Shown: positions 43,738 to 48,123 of the stretch, piece by piece
Position numbering within the stretch: position 1 is the first letter of the stretch
Layout of the letters: each line of letters begins with the position of its first letter
Assembly (NCBI GenBank): GCA_031297485.1
Contig: JAISYE010000224.1
Location: 1 to 48,123 of the forward strand
Source of the DNA: Clostridiales bacterium
GTDB taxonomy: Bacteria; Bacillota; Clostridia; Lachnospirales; JAISYE01
Direction: 5' to 3'
DNA: 48,123 bases
The notes under the pieces: model-generated
Told to the model about the DNA's origin: nothing
Seen by the model: only the letters and a program-made list of their open reading frames with translations
Database searches by the model: none
Program-made: the position numbers and the translations under genes

Positions 43738-44013
43738 TTCTACACTTTGGGTGTTTCAAAATTTAGGTGGGACCAAGCGTCCGGTTCTTGCAATAGCAGT
43801 CGGGCTTGCTCGGCGTTTTGTTGCATCCCTACTATATAAATACATGTATTTGGTCATCCGAGTCTCGCCCGGATGCGGGTTCTTAACGTTGAAGTATTTG
43901 TTACACCGGACTTGGCCCCGGCCGAAAACAAAGTCTTTTGACGTTATAAGGACTATTAGTTATTTGGGTTCCCACCTGAATGTGGAATTGAAATTAAGGA
44001 GGAATAACACTAA
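43738..44013 (+). other. unusually long, lower-GC rpsM-rpsK spacer with nested long-range complementarity (candidate structured RNA or degenerate inserted element)
   Basis: AGGTGGGA (43765-43772) pairs with TCCCACCT (43970-43977); CCAAGCGTCCGG (43773-43784) pairs with CCGGACTTGG (43906-43915). Confidence 0.35.
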
Positions 44014-44415
44014 ATGCCGAAAAAACCTGTTAAAAAAACAGCCGCGCGCAGACGCCGCGATAAAAAGTTTGTAGACCGTGGTCAGGCCCATATCCAGTCC
44101 ACGTTTAATAATACCATTGTCACTATTACGGACACCGCGGGCAATGCCCTCTCCTGGTCCAGCGCAGGCCAGCTGGGATTTAAAGGCTCGCGTAAGTCCA
44201 CGCCCTACGCCGCGGGCATGGCCGCCGATACCGCCGCTACCGCGGCCAAGGAATTCGGCCTTAAAACCGTGGAAGTGTTTGTCAAAGGGCCGGGCAGCGG
44301 GCGTGAAGCCGCTATCCGTTCGCTGCAGGCCGCTGGTTTGGACGTTACCATGATAAAGGACGTAACGCCCGTACCGCACAACGGATGCAGGCCGCCCAAG
44401 CGTAGGCGCGTATAA
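44014..44415 (+). CDS. rpsK: 30S ribosomal protein S11
   Basis: [18 protein letters not shown]...[13 protein letters not shown]. Confidence 0.97.
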   Translation: MPKKPVKKTAARRRRDKKFVDRGQAHIQSTFNNTIVTITDTAGNALSWSSAGQLGFKGSRKSTPYAAGMAADTAATAAKEFGLKTVEVFVKGPGSGREAAIRSLQAAGLDVTMIKDVTPVPHNGCRPPKRRRV

Positions 44416-44431
44416 CAAGGAGGTCAGGACT

Positions 44432-45073
44432 ATGGCTAGATATATAGGAGCGGTTTGCAGGCTGTGCCGGCGCGAGGAAGAAAAGCTCTTTCTGAAAGGT
44501 CAGCGCTGCATGACTAAAATGTGCCCCATAACCAGGCGGCCGGAGAAAAAGCGCGCGATAATTCCGGGTCAGCACGGCGCGCAAAAGAAGAAGGTCTCGG
44601 AGTACGGGCTGCAATTGCGTGAAAAACAAAAGGCTAAAAGAATTTACGGCGTGCTGGAGGTCCAGTTCCGTAATTATTTTGAGATCGCCGCCAACACTTC
44701 AGGCGTTACCGGCGAAAATTTGCTGCGGCTGCTGGAATTGCGGCTGGATAACGTGGTGTACCGTTTGGGTTTAGGACGTTCCCGCACGGAAGCGCGCCAG
44801 GTTGTACGGCATAACCACGTGACCGTAAACGGGAAAAAAGTCAACATACCGTCCTATGAGCTTAAGGCCGGCGATGTGGTGGCTATAAAGGAAAAATCCT
44901 TCTCAAGGCAGCGGTTCAAGGATATTCTGGATATTACAGGCGCGCGGGTTGTGCCCGAATGGCTGTCCGCCGACCAGGGAAATCTGCGCGGCACAGTCTT
45001 GTCCGCGCCGGCGCGGGATCAAATTGATACGGCTGTTCGTGAGACGCTTATCGTAGAGTTGTATTCGAAGTAA
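44432..45073 (+). CDS. rpsD: 30S ribosomal protein S4
   Basis: [23 protein letters not shown]...; S4 RNA-binding domain. Confidence 0.97.
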   Translation: MARYIGAVCRLCRREEEKLFLKGQRCMTKMCPITRRPEKKRAIIPGQHGAQKKKVSEYGLQLREKQKAKRIYGVLEVQFRNYFEIAANTSGVTGENLLRLLELRLDNVVYRLGLGRSRTEARQVVRHNHVTVNGKKVNIPSYELKAGDVVAIKEKSFSRQRFKDILDITGARVVPEWLSADQGNLRGTVLSAPARDQIDTAVRETLIVELYSK

Positions 45074-45096
45074 TTTGCGCAAGGGAGGCTTATTGG

Positions 45097-46056
45097 GTGT
45101 TTGAGTTTGAAAAACCTCGCATTGAAATCGAAGAGCTTTCTCCTGACGGAAAATATGGCTGCTTTATTGTAGAGCCTTTGGAACGCGGGTATGGAATGAC
45201 GCTGGGCAATTCCCTGCGCAGGATACTATTGTCCTCGCTGCCGGGCGCGGCTGTCAGCAGTGTTAAAATAGACGGCGTGCTTCACGAGTTCAGCATTATT
45301 CCCGGCGTTAAGGAGGAAGTTACGGAAATTATTTTAAATCTAAAAAATCTTGCCATAAAGAACAACAGCGAAAGCCAGGACCCTAAGACCGCATATATCG
45401 AAGCGGCTGAGGAAGGCGAGGTTACGGCAGGGGATATTAGGGTTGACGAGGACATAGAAATTATGAACCCGGACTTGCACATCATGACTGTAAGCGACGT
45501 GTCCGAAGGTAAAGTATTTATAGAAATTACCATTTCCAACGGACGGGGATACGTCAGCGCGGACAAAAACAAGAAAGAGGATCAGCCCATTGCCCTTATT
45601 CCTGTGGACTCAATTTTTACGCCGGTTAGCCGCGTGAATTTCTTGGTTGACAATACTCGCGTCGGCAATATTACCGACTACGATAAACTTACGTTGGAAG
45701 TATGGACCAACGGTACAATTACCCCAGACGACGCGCTTAGTCTTGGCGCGCGCTTGTTAAGCGAACACTTGAATCTGTTTGTCGATTTATCCGATTCCAT
45801 ACATGAAGCGGAACTTATGCCGGAAAAAGAAGAAGCCAAGAAAGAAAAGATTATGGAACTCAGCATTGAGGACCTGGATTTGTCGGTGCGTTCGTATAAC
45901 TGTCTTAAACGCGCCGGCATTAACACTGTGGAGGATTTGGCCAACAAGACCGAGGAGAGCATGATGAAGGTGCGTAACTTGGGACGCAAGTCCCTGGAGG
46001 AAGTTTTGAACAAGATGCGCGAGCTTGGGCTGGCCTTGCAGCCAGGCGACGAGTAA
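45097..46056 (+). CDS. rpoA: DNA-directed RNA polymerase subunit alpha
   Basis: GTG start; [22 protein letters not shown]; C-terminal [16 protein letters not shown]. Confidence 0.97.
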   Translation: MFEFEKPRIEIEELSPDGKYGCFIVEPLERGYGMTLGNSLRRILLSSLPGAAVSSVKIDGVLHEFSIIPGVKEEVTEIILNLKNLAIKNNSESQDPKTAYIEAAEEGEVTAGDIRVDEDIEIMNPDLHIMTVSDVSEGKVFIEITISNGRGYVSADKNKKEDQPIALIPVDSIFTPVSRVNFLVDNTRVGNITDYDKLTLEVWTNGTITPDDALSLGARLLSEHLNLFVDLSDSIHEAELMPEKEEAKKEKIMELSIEDLDLSVRSYNCLKRAGINTVEDLANKTEESMMKVRNLGRKSLEEVLNKMRELGLALQPGDE

Positions 46057-46076
46057 AATTTTTAGGAGGTGTTGTT

Positions 46077-46616
46077 ATGGCCGGATACAGAAAACTTGGA
46101 CGCACATCCAGTCAGCGCAAGGCGATGTTGCGCAGCCTTGCGACTAATTTACTATATTACGGAAAAATTAAGACTACAGTGACTAGGGCTAAAGAAGTCA
46201 GACGGCTTGCGGAAGGGCTTATTACCGTGGCGAAAAAAGAAATGAACAATTATGACGAGGTTACGGTTACCGCTAAAGTGCCGCGCAAAACCGCCGACGG
46301 CAAGCGTGTCAAGGAAAAAGTAAATGGTAAGACAGTCACTGTCTTCGACAATGTGGAGAAAAAAATTCAAAAGGATAGGCCGTCGCGCCTTAACGCGCGC
46401 CGTAAAATTTTAAGCGTGCTGTACCCTGTCACAGAGGCGCCGATGTCAGGACGCAAGCACATGCGCCGCGACTTCCATGTGGTGGACATGGCGCGTAAAA
46501 TGTTTGAGGACATCGCCCCGCGTTACGCCGACAGAAACGGCGGATACACGCGCATTGTCAGAATCGGCGCCCGTAAGGGCGACGCGGCCGAAATTGCCGT
46601 TATTGAGCTGGTCTGA
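46077..46616 (+). CDS. rplQ: 50S ribosomal protein L17 (long form, 179 aa)
   Basis: [26 protein letters not shown]...; ADRNGGYTRIVRIG near the C-terminus; about 60 extra residues in the middle. Confidence 0.95.
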   Translation: MAGYRKLGRTSSQRKAMLRSLATNLLYYGKIKTTVTRAKEVRRLAEGLITVAKKEMNNYDEVTVTAKVPRKTADGKRVKEKVNGKTVTVFDNVEKKIQKDRPSRLNARRKILSVLYPVTEAPMSGRKHMRRDFHVVDMARKMFEDIAPRYADRNGGYTRIVRIGARKGDAAEIAVIELV

Positions 46617-46619
46617 AAA

Positions 46620-46647
46620 GCGGGCGGATGCAAGTTCGCCCCTACAA
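46620..46647. repeat. REP-like palindrome + CCCCTACAA tail after rplQ
   Basis: GCGGGCGGATGCAAGTTCGCCCCTACAA. Confidence 0.75.
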
Positions 46648-46654
46648 TGGAAAT

Positions 46655-46688
46655 GGCCATTGCCGAGTTCGCGGCAATGGCTTTTTTT
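46655..46688 (+). terminator. rho-independent terminator ending the alpha operon
   Basis: GGCCATTGCCG-AGTT-CGCGGCAATGGC followed by TTTTTTT. Confidence 0.85.
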
Positions 46689-46750
46689 GATCTTGCGGGA
46701 ATATCGACAAAAGGACGCTAAAAGGAACAGCGCCCTTTTGCACATCGCAG

Positions 46751-47629
46751 CTAACCCCGCGTGAGGGGCAAGCCGCTCTCAAGCGTCCAAGCAGGGTGAT
46801 TCGGGTTCTTTATAAAAAGTTGTACAGCCAAGCACGCCAACAGCAGTACCAAGGCGCAAAGGACACTGTCCTCAGGGCCATAGGAACCGGTCAATAATGT
46901 GTTCGTCCCCAACTGCGTTGTCAAAACAGAATGCGTGTTAGCCGTTCCCGAAGTACCCAAACCGAATATATCGCCCATAAAGAAGTTCCACGCAATATGA
47001 AAGCCCGTGGAAAGCCACAATGCGCCGGACTTCATAAACATATACCCCAAAAGCGTCCCCGCAATAAGTGTGTTGATAATCGACAGAACCGTCACACCGT
47101 CATTCATAAGATGAAGAAGCGCGAAAATAGCAGCCGGAACGAATAAGATGGCCCATTTGTTTCGCGTCGTCTTCATTGCCGTCATAAAGAAACCGCGCGC
47201 AAGCAGTTCTTCCGAAAACATGAACACACAAACGCTCACAAATTCAGCCGCAACACTAAGTGAAATGAGCTTGTCCACGTCCGTGTTGATTATTGCGGCC
47301 TGGTCTATGACTACTAAAAACGCTAATATAACGGCAACTGAAACGGCTCCGCCGGCCAGACCGCGGAGAAACGCAGGAAGCCCTTTTTCCGGGACCATTC
47401 CAAGCTCACGAAAGCCGCGCTTATAAAGCAGCCTGAAAAGGAGCAGGATACCTGCAACCGCAATAATGCCGTATACCAAAGTTACCCCCAGTTTGAAAGA
47501 TGGATTGTTTTCGTCACCAAGCTCGGACAACGGTCTTGCAATTAGTTGGGCGGCTATCATCACCGCTATTGCTGAGGCAGTCGCCCATCCGGCACGGAGT
47601 TCACCATGACGGTTTATAAACACTCGCAT
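46751..47629 (-). CDS. CPBP family intramembrane glutamic endopeptidase (CAAX protease-like)
   Basis: FSEELLARGF, HLMN and HIAWNF motifs. Start trimmed to ATG 47629 (MRVFINRHG) with GGAAGGG upstream. The ORF-track 5' extension runs into a MITE. Confidence 0.8.
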   Translation of the reverse strand: MRVFINRHGELRAGWATASAIAVMIAAQLIARPLSELGDENNPSFKLGVTLVYGIIAVAGILLLFRLLYKRGFRELGMVPEKGLPAFLRGLAGGAVSVAVILAFLVVIDQAAIINTDVDKLISLSVAAEFVSVCVFMFSEELLARGFFMTAMKTTRNKWAILFVPAAIFALLHLMNDGVTVLSIINTLIAGTLLGYMFMKSGALWLSTGFHIAWNFFMGDIFGLGTSGTANTHSVLTTQLGTNTLLTGSYGPEDSVLCALVLLLACLAVQLFIKNPNHPAWTLESGLPLTRG

Positions 47630-47663
47630 ACAAACACCCTTCCTAACTTTGCTTCGCGTCATG

Positions 47664-47755
47664 CTAAGGCGTGTTTGAAAATTCCTAAAAGCGCGAAATT
47701 TCGAATGAAACCGCCGCAATTTCGCGCTGGAATCCAGTTTTCAAACACATCCTAG
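47664..47755 (+). mobile_element. MITE family 1, copy g
   Basis: Full-length match, immediately upstream of the CPBP protease gene. Confidence 0.85.
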
Positions 47756-47874
47756 CAAATCATATTACAATTATATCACAAAAAGCCGCCAAAACAAATG
47801 AGAAAATATGATGCTTATCGGCGCAGGTGGCGCATGAGGAAAGCTAACGTGCCTTTTGTTACACGGTAGGGCAA

Positions 47875-47913
47875 CTTGCGCTTCGCGCGCACTCATTAAA
47901 GAACCCGGCGAAC
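47875..47913 (-). repeat. repeat family 5 block (reverse orientation)
   Basis: CTTGCGCTTCGCGCGCACTCATTAAAGAACCCGGCGAAC. Confidence 0.6.
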
Positions 47914-48041
47914 AATCCGCTGTTTTCGCGAAGCGAAAATTTCGAGGAAAATGTATTCATTCATGAGCATAAACCTTGCGCCTCTAAATAGATAATTGAA
48001 TTTGAAAGTTTATGCGCAGGATATTTACACAGCACATATTT

Positions 48042-48078
48042 AGAGCTTATCCCTTAATAGGCAAGAATGCTGATTTTG
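48042..48078 (-). repeat. repeat family 2, truncated copy in reverse orientation
   Basis: AGAGCTTATCCCTTAATAGGCAAGAATGCTGATTTTG matches the rc of the right end of the full copies. Confidence 0.6.
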
Positions 48079-48099
48079 ACGAGTTTTGCGCTACAATAC

Positions 48100-48123
48100 G
48101 GGTGAACGTGGTTCCTCCCTGCA
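48100..48123. repeat. REP-like palindrome (degenerate, at window end)
   Basis: GGGTGAACGTGGTTCCTCCCTGCA. Confidence 0.5.

Noticed and set aside
43751-44074. 107-aa ORF in the rpsM-rpsK spacer
   Set aside because: It has no Shine-Dalgarno sequence, overlaps the rpsK start out of frame, and its sequence looks non-protein-like. The region is treated as non-coding (see finding).
47630-47719. 5' extension of the CPBP protease ORF
   Set aside because: It runs into MITE copy g, whereas ATG 47629 has a good RBS.
1-48123. tRNA, rRNA, CRISPR, prophage or integrase genes
   Set aside because: I could find no cloverleaf-like or rRNA-like segments, no repeat-spacer arrays and no integrase or recombinase ORFs. 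The only transposase-like trace is the decayed remnant at 20955-21450.

Overview
48.1-kb chromosomal window, about 55% GC by eye, apparently from a spore-forming Firmicute with Clostridia-like gene order. All calls rest on reading the ORF track and sequence and on recalled family motifs; no searches were run.

Gene content:
- Right third (30.4-46.7 kb, + strand): the complete S10-spc-alpha ribosomal supercluster, rpsJ to rplQ, including secY, adk, map, a KOW protein, infA, rpmJ and rpoA.
- Left two thirds: ordinary housekeeping genes. These are a CobB-type sirtuin, a DUF362 Fe-S protein, transketolase, a NUDIX hydrolase, spoIIM, a flavin reductase, a cobalamin-riboswitch-controlled cobT plus a BtuF-like binding protein, a membrane-anchored PstS-like protein and a ppx-ppk1-cytidylate-kinase-like operon.
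- Also on the left: a YesM/YesN-type two-component system next to a ytfQRT-yjfF-type sugar ABC transporter.
- I see no defence or toxin system, CRISPR array, tRNA or rRNA.

The unusual feature is the repeat load:
1. A stop-free palindromic 18-nt unit (GGGGCCGGAACTTCCGGC) sits in-frame inside at least 12 unrelated genes, with 1, 2 or 4 tandem copies.
2. A REP-like palindrome (GGGCGAAC..GTTCGCCC) occurs at least 17 times, including inside ribosomal-operon spacers and the 3' end of rplP.
3. A ~90-bp MITE with TA target duplication is present in 7 copies. One interrupts a decayed regulator gene, and two flank an AT-rich island carrying a bleomycin-resistance/VOC-like gene.
4. At least three further small repeat families are present.
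5. There is a tandem duplication of a zinc-ribbon membrane-protein gene.
6. An unexplained 276-nt spacer separates rpsM and rpsK.
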